Of a stretch of 64,000 bases of DNA, positions 18,501 to 30,300 are shown in pieces. This DNA is from Paragordius varius. Lineage: Eukaryota > Animalia > Nematomorpha. The notes below the pieces were generated by a model, which was given only the letters and a program-made list of their open reading frames with translations, made no database searches and had not been told where the DNA came from. Each line of letters starts with the position of its first letter. The first letter of the stretch is position 1. A program made the position numbers and the translations under genes. Where the stretch lies: NCBI GenBank assembly GCA_964247055.1, contig OZ176050.1:8866001-8930000 (forward strand), in the 5' to 3' direction.

Positions 18501-21500
18501 TTGACGATAAAGTCTTTGACGGAGGAAAACAATAAATTGGTATTGCTTATTTTTATATAATCTTGTTCGATGACACAGAAACATTTTCAATTATATTAAG
18601 TATTTTGCTTTATTTACATAAGTTATCTTATTATTAAGATATTAAAATTTAAACAATTTTAAATTTTTTTGGTAGTGTGAAATTCAAGGGAAAAATCGTC
18701 TCCAAATCCAAAACATTAGCAATCAACTATGGAATGAGAAAAAAAGTGCCACCAATTTTAAGCAAAAAGTTGAAGAGGCCGAAGCTATAAAATCGAAAAT
18801 GGATGAATACCTCAAAATTATAGCTGCCTTGCGCGAATCCGCTTTCGAAAAGGATAAAAGGATCGAAAATCTTCTAAACATAATCCGACACCGTAAAGGG
18901 AGCAAACATGAAGGACAACATCACAATCAACATAAAAATTATCGTTACAAAAATAATACCTTGAGTACAAGGTATCATTATATATTAATAATGTAGAATA
19001 TTGGGTATTGTAAGCTTATTGAGCTAGCATATTTGTGTTGCATAATCGTAAGGTGAACTCAAAATTAACTTGTAACAAGTTTATCATCGGTTGGAGTTTA
19101 ATTTTCTTAATAAAGCCAATCATATATCTATCTTTTAAATGTATTTGTGTGCTTTGATATTTATTTTAATCTTATTAAGATGAACCAAAGTCGTGATTAG
19201 GTTTTCCATATATACATTTTTAATTAAATTATACACTAAATTTCTTATTTTGTAAAGTAATTAAATAAATTGTTTAAAATCTCGCGATGATGTTGATTCC
19301 CTTGGCCCATTTGATGATGAGTTTTCCATTCAGTCGGAAAATTCCCTTATATCTGAATGTTTCCATCCTCAACCTCGGCTATTAAGTGTGCCAGAATGTT
19401 CGAACCAGATCATAAACAAATCTGGTGATAAAGTGGATTCATCAACTTTAAGTAACTTTCCCAAAGCATCCCCCAATGGCTTTGTCAACCATTCAGATAG
19501 TTCCTGTACATTACGGTTACCACAACTCTGTAAAGATTCCCTCAACTTTGAATTAAGGCAAAATTTGTCGGACAACAATATCAATGTTGAAATCAATACT
19601 GCTAATAATATTAATAATAACAAGGATGAAAGCAGTTTAGAGGATAATAATAGCAGCAGTAATTACATTCAAACCTTGGAAGAGAAAGTTACGGAATTCG
19701 AGCAAATCAAGAAGGGATTGGAACAGGAATTACAAGACGTGCGGGACCAAATGGAACTTATGGAGTTTCGCATGCTAGAACATGACAACAAACGTAATAG
19801 CAAATGTAGTTTGGATAAGAAAAATGAGTCTTGTGACATTGTAAAAATTAAAGATATCACCGAAGATCTGCAAGAACAGATCGTAAATCTTACCTCCGAA
19901 CTTAGTAATAAGGATAAAATTATTGAACAACTTCAGCATACAATTAAGGAAACTATGCAGAAAAATGAGGATAGTATGTTGTTACAAATGGTAAGCCGGA
20001 ATTCGCAACTAGATAAAGTTGTAGCCAATGTTATCCAAAAAATGAGTGAAAATCCTGAACTAGAGACAATTTTACCCTTCTATTTTGATCAAATCAATAA
20101 GCTGAAAAGTCTGGTCATCAATTATATTCCTGTGTCCCAAGAACCAATTATAGCCGAACAATACTCAAAATATCATGACTCCCTTCTCACTAGGATTGAT
20201 GATTGCGTTAAAAAATACAAAAAATCTATTTCACGATCATACTCCCAACTACATGAACTTTTATTAAAATTCAAAATTTTCCTACTATATTGTGATAATT
20301 TATTTGGTACAATTACAGTAGTCGGCTGTAATACACATAACGGTGACAAATTTATACCGGTAAATGAATTAAAACATTTCTATATCTTACATTATTTTGC
20401 CTGTTTGTTTATGCTTGAGCACTATGAATCTAAAACTCAAATCCTAAACGAATTATTATCATCCAAAGATAATTTTACGAAATTTGAAAATCAAGCGACA
20501 AACGAACACAAATATTCGTCGCTTATGCATTTAGAATTGACACATACTGAATATCGAAATGAAAGAAGGAGCAAATCAATGACTAATATTGTTACAAATA
20601 ACAATATATCATCCTTAACAATGGAATTTAAAATATTCTCCAAACTTTTAGATGCCATGGGAAAATATCAAATGCAAAAACAAAATTTTGAGGTAATTTA
20701 TTAAATCATTATATAATTACCATTTTGTGAGAATTTAGATTATAATTTTTAATTAGAATCATAAGGCCATATTTCTACGATCTATAGAAGAGCACAATAT
20801 TAGCGTTGAAGAACTTAGAAATGCTTATCAGCGTGCAACATTAAAGGTATATTATTGAAAAATAATTTATAAATAAAAAAAATCTTGCATGGAAAAATCA
20901 AATAGTTTAATAACTAATTAATTTTTTTAATTAATATTATTGGTTTTTACCAGGGCTTCAAACCGGGTCAAAAAGGGGAAATCGGAATCTGTCTGTTTCT
21001 AAGAATTTTAAGAAGGAATCGGGTTGGCTCCATCTCAGGAACCGGGTCCGGTTTCATGTGGTTTTGATTAAAAGCCCTGGTTTTTTTATAAAAAAAATTT
21101 ATCAAGATTAAATGTTAATTTTTGATAAATCAATCCAATTTTATGTAAGCTATTTATTAAATCATTTATCATTTTCTCTTGTCTTTAAATAGTTGATTGT
21201 AGTTATTACTATATTACTTTTGGTTTGCATGTAGGCACAAGAATTGGGAGCACAAAATCTAGGCTTAACAAACAAAATAAATTTCTTGCAAGAACAGATA
21301 ACGTGGTTAATGAACCCGACCATTTCATCCTCTAAATTTGGCACAAGTCCCGCCATCATAAGCTCTGATAAAAAAGAAAAGTCTCGTAAACGTTTCAGTC
21401 TGTTACACTATTTCAATGGAAACGGTAACAAAGATATTGCTGTTAAAGAGGATAATCATACAATTTGTCCAACAACCAAAATGTTATTAAATAAGAGTCA

Positions 21501-24186
21501 AATGACTGAAAATGCAAACCACCATTCAACAAATGTAAATTTATATAATGCTAAATCGGATGTCAATCTAAACTTGATAACAACACTTATTCCCAACAAT
21601 AATATGATGATTGGTAATGGGCATAAACAATTATTGGCCTCTTCTTTACCGCATTTAAATGGTTTATTGGTGAACCATGAACAACAAAATTCCAATATGA
21701 ATTTCGGTAATTTAGACTCGTTCAATAGAAAGGATTTAATTAGCAAACACAATAAATGTCACAATAATAATAACAATATTGAAAATCATGCAACACTTAA
21801 AAACATCATTAATGGAACATTTAAATTTGTTTCTCACCTCAAGGATAAGAGAAGGGTATCAGCTATCGATTGCAATCTACAAAATATAGAAAAGACTCGT
21901 GTTGGCCATAGTGAACAATTGGTGACATTTAAGTTATTTTTTTAAAAAGGGTTTTTGTTCATAAATTGTAATCTATAACTAAATCATATTAATGTCGTTT
22001 AAATATTAATTTATTTTTCTGATAATATTCATATTAGTTTTATTTTTGCAAAACATGTAGCGAAAAAGGGGTTCAATGTTAGAATTTGGAAATAATAGTA
22101 TAGCATTCCCGAATGATTCCACAACGATTGACTTTAATGAAACACCTAGTAAAATTGGTGGAAATCTATGCAATTCCATTACAACTGAAAGTGAAAATTC
22201 GTATGAAAATGTTGAAAATAGAATATTTAGTTTACAAAACACGCCGAACCACAGATCATCACCTCTCAACGATGCAGATTGCCAATCATCATCAAAGACA
22301 ATGGATTCCAACAGCTCGTCGTACAATCGGCGATATATTAAAAAGGAAAAGAATATACCGAATGCCAAATATCATTTCAGAGGCGGATCATTGAATATGC
22401 CGCTCGATAGGTTAAAATTCTAATATTTTTGGTAAATATTTTCTAAAGGGTTTACAAAAGGGGTTTATCTGATTTACAAATGAATATATATATATATATA
22501 TATATATATTCATTATCATGCTAATATATATGGGTTTGATAAAACATATCATAATATTAAAATTATTTTAGCGTAGAAGAAGGCATGAATGAAACAGAAC
22601 ATGTTGCCAAATCTAAATCAACTTTATATACTTCAAAACAAATCAAATTTTTTCGTCCCCTGACAAAAAAACTAACGTCCAAAGTCAAAGTTTATAAACT
22701 AGAAGCTCCCAAGAATTTTCGTATTGATTGTATCATAGGCGATTCAAGTGTGGCCATGAGCTGGCAGTTCGTTGATTTATATCACCACAATAATCTGACC
22801 AATCATGAAAAAGATAAAGAAAGATTTTCACTCCCAAAAGCTACAGGCTATAAAGTATATATTTGTCAATTCTCAAAAAAATAAGTTTTATTTTAACATT
22901 AAAGAATAGCTTTAATGTTAATTTACAAGTTTAAATATGTTAAAACATATTTAGATAAATAATCGACTATTACACTCTAAAAATCGTCTAAGCAAAGAAA
23001 TAGTTAGAATTAACTTTTATTTAAAATCCTTCCCAAACATCTCTAATTAAGGATAAATAAAAATTAATCGTATTGGGATTCGGTATAATTATTTGTAATT
23101 TCTAATAGATATCTGTGAACGGAGAACACATTTTGTATGTTGACAACATATTACAAAAAAGCGTAATTGACAATCTATTACTAAATCAGCCAATACATTT
23201 TGGTATTGCAACCATGTATGATTCGGAAGAAATTTCTGATTATGTGTATGTTCTTTACCCAGGATACATGCTAAATCCCTGCCAAAAAGTCAAATTTTAT
23301 AGTGTTAACAATCGCAACTTGAATTTAAAGGTACATATATTTTCAGTTCAAATTCACCCTTGAACAATTCAAATTCACCCTTTAACAATTCAAAATCACC
23401 CTAAAATAAATTATTCTTTAAAATTAAAAATTACCTATATTTTTTTATATTTTTATGAAATCAAATTTAGTTTAAAATTAATATAATATTGAAAAAAAAC
23501 TATGCCATAAGAATATATTTCATATTAATAATGAGTTATATTAGCCAAAAACACATAATTTAGGGGTGAATTTGAATTGTTTAAGAGTAAATTTGAATTG
23601 TTCAAGGGTGAATTTGAATTGTAAATGGTATATATATATATATATATATATAAGCAATAAAAGCTTTTGGGTTTAAATCATTATCTCGCTATGCTTAACA
23701 GAATTTACAGTAATTGAAATTGTACGGACAAAACGTATTGATGTAGAACAAATATATTTTTCTAAAAGACAACCATACTTTTTAAATAATGATTGTTTTG
23801 AACTGCAAAGTTTAAAATAGAGATGGAAATTGGTAACACAATCCATTACGTATTTTACTATTGTAATTAAATAATTTTTGTAAGATAAATTAAGGTTTTA
23901 AAAAAGTATGGTTGTCTTTTGAAAAAAAATTTGTCTTCATATTTGTACGTTTTGTCCGTATAATTTCAATTTTACTGCATATTTATTATTTTGTTTTCAT
24001 ATAAAGTATTCATCTTTGTACAACTTTAAAATGGATAAACGTGATAATGAATATTTCCTAAAGCATGGAGAAATGGTGACCGTAAAAACATTTTATTATG
24101 GAGGCACTAAACCCGAGTGTTTAATCAAAACTAAACGGCGGATTGGTAAAATTAGTTGTATGTTATGTGGTGGCGATTTCCAATAA
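12596..24186 (+). CDS. Large coiled-coil protein, JAKMIP-like, with a C-terminal FN3 domain and a degenerate SH3-like domain (~1750 aa)
   Basis: Exons 12596-13306, 17228-17965, 18187-18312, 18393-18539, 18676-18971, ~19279-20692 (acceptor unresolved), 20757-20846, 21235-21921, 22061-22410, 22572-22854, 23109-23330, 24007-24186. LEQELQDVRDQMELMEFRMLE resembles the remembered JAKMIP motif DQNELLEFRILELE. Also VELNAEHRRLELTIKSLTEEN; FN3-like APKNFRID..AMSW..TGYKISVNG; SH3-like SLYNF..EYFLKHGEMVTV..RIGKI. Confidence 0.72.
13380..13660. repeat. Dispersed GGAACCGG-rich repeat (same family as 5400-5580), in intron 1 of the coiled-coil gene
   Basis: Shares GGAACC/AAACCGGG words and TGGAGCCGGAA with 5400-5580. 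Confidence 0.45.
20951..21079. mobile_element. 129-bp hAT-type MITE in an intron
   Basis: TIR CAGGGCTT / AAGCCCTG; flanks GTTTTTAC / GTTTTTTT (6 of 8 match, degenerate TSD). Confidence 0.65.
23336..23630. mobile_element. Foldback MITE with internally repeated TIR (CAATTCAAATTCACCCTT units)
   Basis: Three CAAATTCACCC-type units on the left mirror three GGGTGAATTTGAATTG-type units on the right. A second copy lies at 62644-62926. Confidence 0.75.
23708..23977. mobile_element. Tc1/mariner-type MITE with ~80-bp TIRs
   Basis: CAGTAATTGAAATTGTACGGACAAAACGTA...AAAAGACAACCATACTTTTTAAA mirrors TTTTAAAAAAGTATGGTTGTCTTTTG...TACGTTTTGTCCGTATAATTTCAATTTTACTG. CAGT termini with TA on the left flank. Confidence 0.8.
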
Positions 24187-25211
24187 ACTCATATATTATT
24201 TTATTTTAAAAACATATATATTTACAATAAATAGCTCCATATAATTTTGATATATTTCATGTATTTAAAAAATATTAATAGTATGTAGATTCGATGATGA
24301 TAGGTTATTTTAATTTACAAGGCAAAATTATTTAAACCCCATGATTAATCTCTTAAAAAATATTATTTTGCCCGAAATTCTTATGATAAAAAGATAGCTA
24401 AAAAATTTAATTCTTGGTATGTTAGTTTTCCCCCTTAAGGTTTATATTATTACAGAAAAAATGATAGCATAAATATATTTTAACTTATAGTAGTTTAAAT
24501 TAAATGACAAATAATTTTTATATAAAATTATTTTTTGATAAATCTTTTGGAATGAGAATTTAAAATTTATTTATGTAATTTAAATTTAGCCGATTTTTAT
24601 TGGTTCTTAGTATGTCAAATTTTCTTTGCTAACATTAGTTTATAATACCGCGAAAATCTTGGAAGCAGTTGTAGTGTAAAAAACAAATAAATATATCAAA
24701 AACAAATTAAAAATATTTTGTTTTTAAAAATTCACATTAGTGCTTAAAATAGGTTGAAAAAATTAAAAGATTTCCCTAATCTAAGAGAATCAGGCATGGC
24801 GGCATAACTTTGGGTATTCAAATATTCCAATTAATTTCGACAGTACATTACAAATATATAAAATTAAATACTAAATTTTTTACATAGCTATTAAATATTT
24901 TTAATTAATTTTAAAAATAAATTCTATCTCAATGCAGCTAATTTCGATTCTGAAAACCCACTGTGAATAATTATTAATTATTTAATGATTAAAGTATACC
25001 CTCAATTTTTTAACCCCAAAACTGTATTTTGTGGAATGATCATACAGTATTCTGAGCCCTTACAAATATAAAAATACCCCTGAGAGTTATATGTTAAATT
25101 AAAAAAATGAAATTTATTTATAAATACACATGCCTATATCTTTCATATAAGTTATATAACTAATTATATATTAATAATTCTAAGGTCATAAATTGTGTCA
25201 TAAATGGTATA

Positions 25212-25247
<36 letters not shown>

Positions 25248-25390
25248 GGTTATAAATGCATCAAATTTAATTTATATATATTACTATGTATTGCGTAAAT
25301 TGTCCATGGGTTTTGGGTAAATAAAATAATAACTTAATATAACAAAGATTCGAAGGGGTAATCTCCTTAATACATTATGCCATTTGTGAT

Positions 25391-27324
25391 TCATTCTATT
25401 TGAATGCTCTTGAATTTATCATAATGCTCCTTTTTAATCTAATAAAAATTAAATTAAATATCATCGCTGTGTGCTCTAAATATAATGTTTGGTAAAGATG
25501 ATATAAAAATATTTTTAAGTTAAGCCAAATCTTAAACTATATCTTATAAAAAATTTAGTGAAAAATTAAAATATTGGTATAATTTTTATCTGAGATATAC
25601 TTGAATAGTTAAACATGTAAGGCCACCCCGAGGACTGGGCAGGGAACCCGTCATTTTCCATTCATTTGTATTTGGATCATATTCTTCGATGCTTCGGTGA
25701 TATCTAAATAATATTATTAAAATTGTAAAAATAGGTTCCTTTCACCTTAGAAGAAGATTGACTTTTAGATTTTAATGCATTAATTAATGTATTAATTTCG
25801 GATATTTAAATATGAAACACCCCATAGTTTGTAAAACTTCCAAGTATACAAATAAGATAAAGCTTGTTAACTTATCTATACATTGTTGCTATCTTAATTG
25901 CATAACCTTTTTATTTGTTCCGATGATAATTAAATCGTGTCATATTTATTATTTTGCAAAACAAAAAATAATTTTAATTTTATAGAGGCAATTTTAATTT
26001 TAAAAAAGACTTACTTTTCCCAATTTTCTTCGCCACCAAATATATAAATTTTCCCATTCGCAGCAGCTACTCCTGCTCTAGCCCGCTTTTCTCGCATATC
26101 AGAAACTGTATTAATCCATTCTATTTTAGTTATATCGTAACATTCGACCGAATTCGATATGACATTAAGCGATGTGTAACCACCTAAAATTTACAAAACA
26201 ATTAAACTTACAAATTAATGCCATTTGAATAAATATTAAACTACAAAATAATACTTCATAAATTAACAATACTTTCCAAATGCAGAGTTTCATTATAATA
26301 GTGATGATATGAATAATTAATCAAGATAGAATATATAGAGTTAAGAAATGCAATCAATCTAAAAATTTAATAAGAATTTTATAAATTATGAACAATTTTA
26401 ACTATAAATGCTAAATCTTAAAATAAATAAAGCAAAATACTTGTTATATTAATCAAAATATTTAACCTTTTTAAATTTTGCACAATCACTATACAAAACT
26501 AAAAATTAGTTATATACCAGTAATAAAAATATATTTAAAATTAATTAACCAATTATATAAATGCGATCCTTCAACACAATTGTAGCAGCCGCGAATTTTG
26601 GTAAAGGCATTTGTGGCAATTCCGACCAAACATCCGTCTTCGGATCATAACAGTATGCATTACAACTGCAAGAGTTACCTTTTGATTTTGCCCCACCTAT
26701 CGAATTTCATATATTTCACAGAATATTCATATCAAAATATAATATGTTATATAAATAATGGACTTACTGTAAAATAGAAATTATAAAGACAAATAGAGAC
26801 AGTCATAACTTTTTAAATCTTTATTTTTTCTATTTAACGATATAAATATAATTCTATGAAATATATAAAAGTGTATGTTAACAATTTACATGTCCTTTCC
26901 GCATTTTGCAAAAGTGATAAGTTATTTTTCAAAAAATCAAGGTTTAAATATGATTGTCGTTTTAAAAAACCATCTTTGTTTAATTTTTACGTTTTGTCTT
27001 TATATTCTAAATTTTTACTGTAATTAATTGACTTACCCATAACATATAGCAAGCCATTATGAGTAACTACGCCGGGTGAGCTTAGCGGTTCAGGTAGTGG
27101 TTTAACTGACGTATTAAAATTATTAATTTGATTAACATAAAGTGTGGATGTAGAAGGATGGTTATTAAATATATAACAATTGTTGTTGCCATTTGTTGTA
27201 TTACCACCGTGAGAATGTGTTAAATTATATCGGTTGGCATTCAATGAGGGGACGTAATGATTTTCTGCAGTTTTGTTTGCCAAAGGTAAAGGTGTAGGAC
27301 TATAATGAAAACATTTTTTAAAAA

Positions 27325-27390
<66 letters not shown>

Positions 27391-30300
27391 TTAGTTATTA
27401 TTAAAAATATATTTACATAATAATAATAAATGGGTTTACTTAATAAATCACATAATACCAGCCTTAAATTAGAATTAACCAGGAGATTATGAACAAAACC
27501 AGCTTTGATATTAGATAGTGATATAAAATTATCTTAAAATAATTTTTGGGTATAGTAATAGTGTCAAAATATTAAAGGTTTTAACACTTTATCCATAGTT
27601 CACTTATAATCAGTTAAAAAATAAATTATAAATAGTTGAAAATAATTCAAAATGAATCATCGAATGATGTATAAAATTTACAGTTTAATTATCTATCTTT
27701 CTAATCAAAGAGTAATACCTATATTGTGTCAAGACTTACGATATCTTTAACAATCGTCTGCCTACCCAAAGCTAACAGTAATGATGGAAAAATTACACAG
27801 ACAGTGTGAGAGTCTGCCTTTCTTACTGTATCACTAACATTTATCTCTTTTCAAATTAAAATAACTTAATCCGAACTTTCAACTTAATATAAATATTACT
27901 GATTGTTTCCATTGTTGTTGACAGCGTTATTAATGACAAAATTGTTTTGATGATGATTCTGATGAACTTGATATTGATGATTGAATTGTGAAGATTGGTG
28001 GTGTTGTTGTTGTTTCCAACCCCATTTGTCTTCCCCTTCAGGATCAAATGTTTCGATTGATGCTAGCCGGTTGGTAGAAGTTGAATCCCAACCTCCTATA
28101 GCATATAACTTTCCATCCAACATGGCTAATCCTATAATAATAATATAATTATGGAAAATCCTCATGATATAAACTAAGTGTACTATTTTTTAAATATTTC
28201 AGCTAGATTGTTTTATCCCTCACTCTTGGTGCTAAATCTATGATATTAAATATTTGTGGTATAATAATTATGATAACCCTTCTTTTCGGCAAATAAAATA
28301 TTAGGATAATGTTTTCGAAATTTTATTTTAATTTTATTTTATCAATATTATTATCTTTTGTTCTTAGTTAATCCTTGAAAAAGATATACTACCATATATC
28401 AAAAATTTGGATATAGTTTAGTTTAATAAATCTTACGAGAATTAATAAAAATAAAAAAATATAATGTATGTTTGTAGTTCTGAAACCATAAATTTTCTTT
28501 CATAGATATACCTAATTCAGTCCTTGAATGAGACATGGAAGGTAGCTCTTGCCAAACATCAATATAAAATTCATAACGCCACAAACCAGCATTAGTTATA
28601 CCGTCTGGGAATTCGCCTCCAGCCATATACAAGTAACGTCCTACATAAATGGAAAAATATTTTCTTAAATTAATGGGATACTGCTAATATGATATTTATA
28701 GTTTTATTAAATGGTTATTTTGAGGGATAATATAATTATGCGCTCGAAAAATATAAAAACCAGCGTAATTTCGAGTGTCTAATGGGTAACAAAATAAAAG
28801 ATCATTCCAAAAAGCGTTATAAACAAATGTATGTCGTTAATAAATTAAATTTTTAAGAATGTACATAATTAATCATATCAACGCAATCAAACATGAAATA
28901 TATTTGTCAAAAATAAAAAAAAGTGTACCGGACGAAACCAATCCATGCTTACTGATAGCAAATGGTAGGCAAGAAAATGTTTTCCATTCCTGAGTCAAAG
29001 GGTCATAACTCTCCATGCCCCTTAAAACGACTTTATCATCCTCTCCGCCCGTTATTATAATAATATCGGTTAAACCTATCATATAATAATAATAAACAAA
29101 TTAAATATGAAATCCATATTTTTTAAGATTAATAGTTATATACCATGGTATGATATTTACATAGGTTTATAATTTTTAAATTGTTTTTTATTTAAATTAA
29201 TAAAGCCAAAATCGATAATATATTGCTTATGTAGTATATATATATTACGATAAATAACAAAATAAAATGTGAGCTTAGTTATATTAAAGAAATAAATTGC
29301 TGGTCACCATTCACACTTAAGCTTAGCAAATTTAAATATTTCACTCAAGTTTGACAATTTTTTTAATATTTGATAAAAACGGATAAAAGAAAAATGATAA
29401 ACTATATTCCTCAGAACTAAATAAAAAATTCTAAAATATACCAAATGATTTCCGAGGTCGAACATTGAGATCAGGGAAATGTCTGCTTTGTGGTTTAAGC
29501 AACATGTAAGTTTTGGCTTGATTTATGATGGCCAGACAATTTGGATCTGAAGAAATCACAGGGTTTGGTTCAATAACATCGTATATAAAGTACGGGTCCA
29601 TGAATACTAAACGAATCTATATATATTTTTTACATATTATATATATGGTAAAAAACGAATTTTCCATATAAAAAAAGAAACAAGAAAATATATAATTGCA
29701 ATAACTCATGGCATTTTTAAATTATTAATGGTAAAAATTAACGGATATTTTTTTTCAGAGTTTTTAAAAAATCATTTTATAATATCAGCATTATATCGAG
29801 TTGATGAAAAAATGTTTCAGCTTTAAAAAGAAATGCAGAAAATGTCTTATATTGTGACTAACTAAACAGTAAATTAATGAGTGTCATTTAAAAATAAAAA
29901 GTTTTTAATGAGCTTTACTTATTAAACCATAAATTATCATGTCCAAAAAGAGTTTGATAAACAAATACCAAAACTTAGACGATACTCTATAATTTTTCAA
30001 AAAATTATTATGATAACTTTTAGACGCTTTATAAACTATTTTCTGGTGTTTTGAAGCAAAGATCCATCGCTTTGAAAAGTGTCATTGGTAAAATGATAAA
30101 AGAACAAGAACCAAATAGAAAACGGTTATTAAATATTATAATCGGTTCTTTATATATACAGTTTCAAAAACATTTCCTTAAAGATCTTACTTAAACAGAT
30201 GTCAATTCACATCATATGGCTAAGTATTTCCGATTCCCACAATTATTTCAGTTTATAATGCAATAAAATCAATGTTTTTTAGAAAATTAGATTAATTTAT

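Noticed and set aside
27720-27850. Open frame inside the Kelch intron (INVSDTVRKADSHTVCVIF..) as a possible extra exon
   Set aside because: Phase does not fit the strong donor at 27899; flanking exons join correctly without it.
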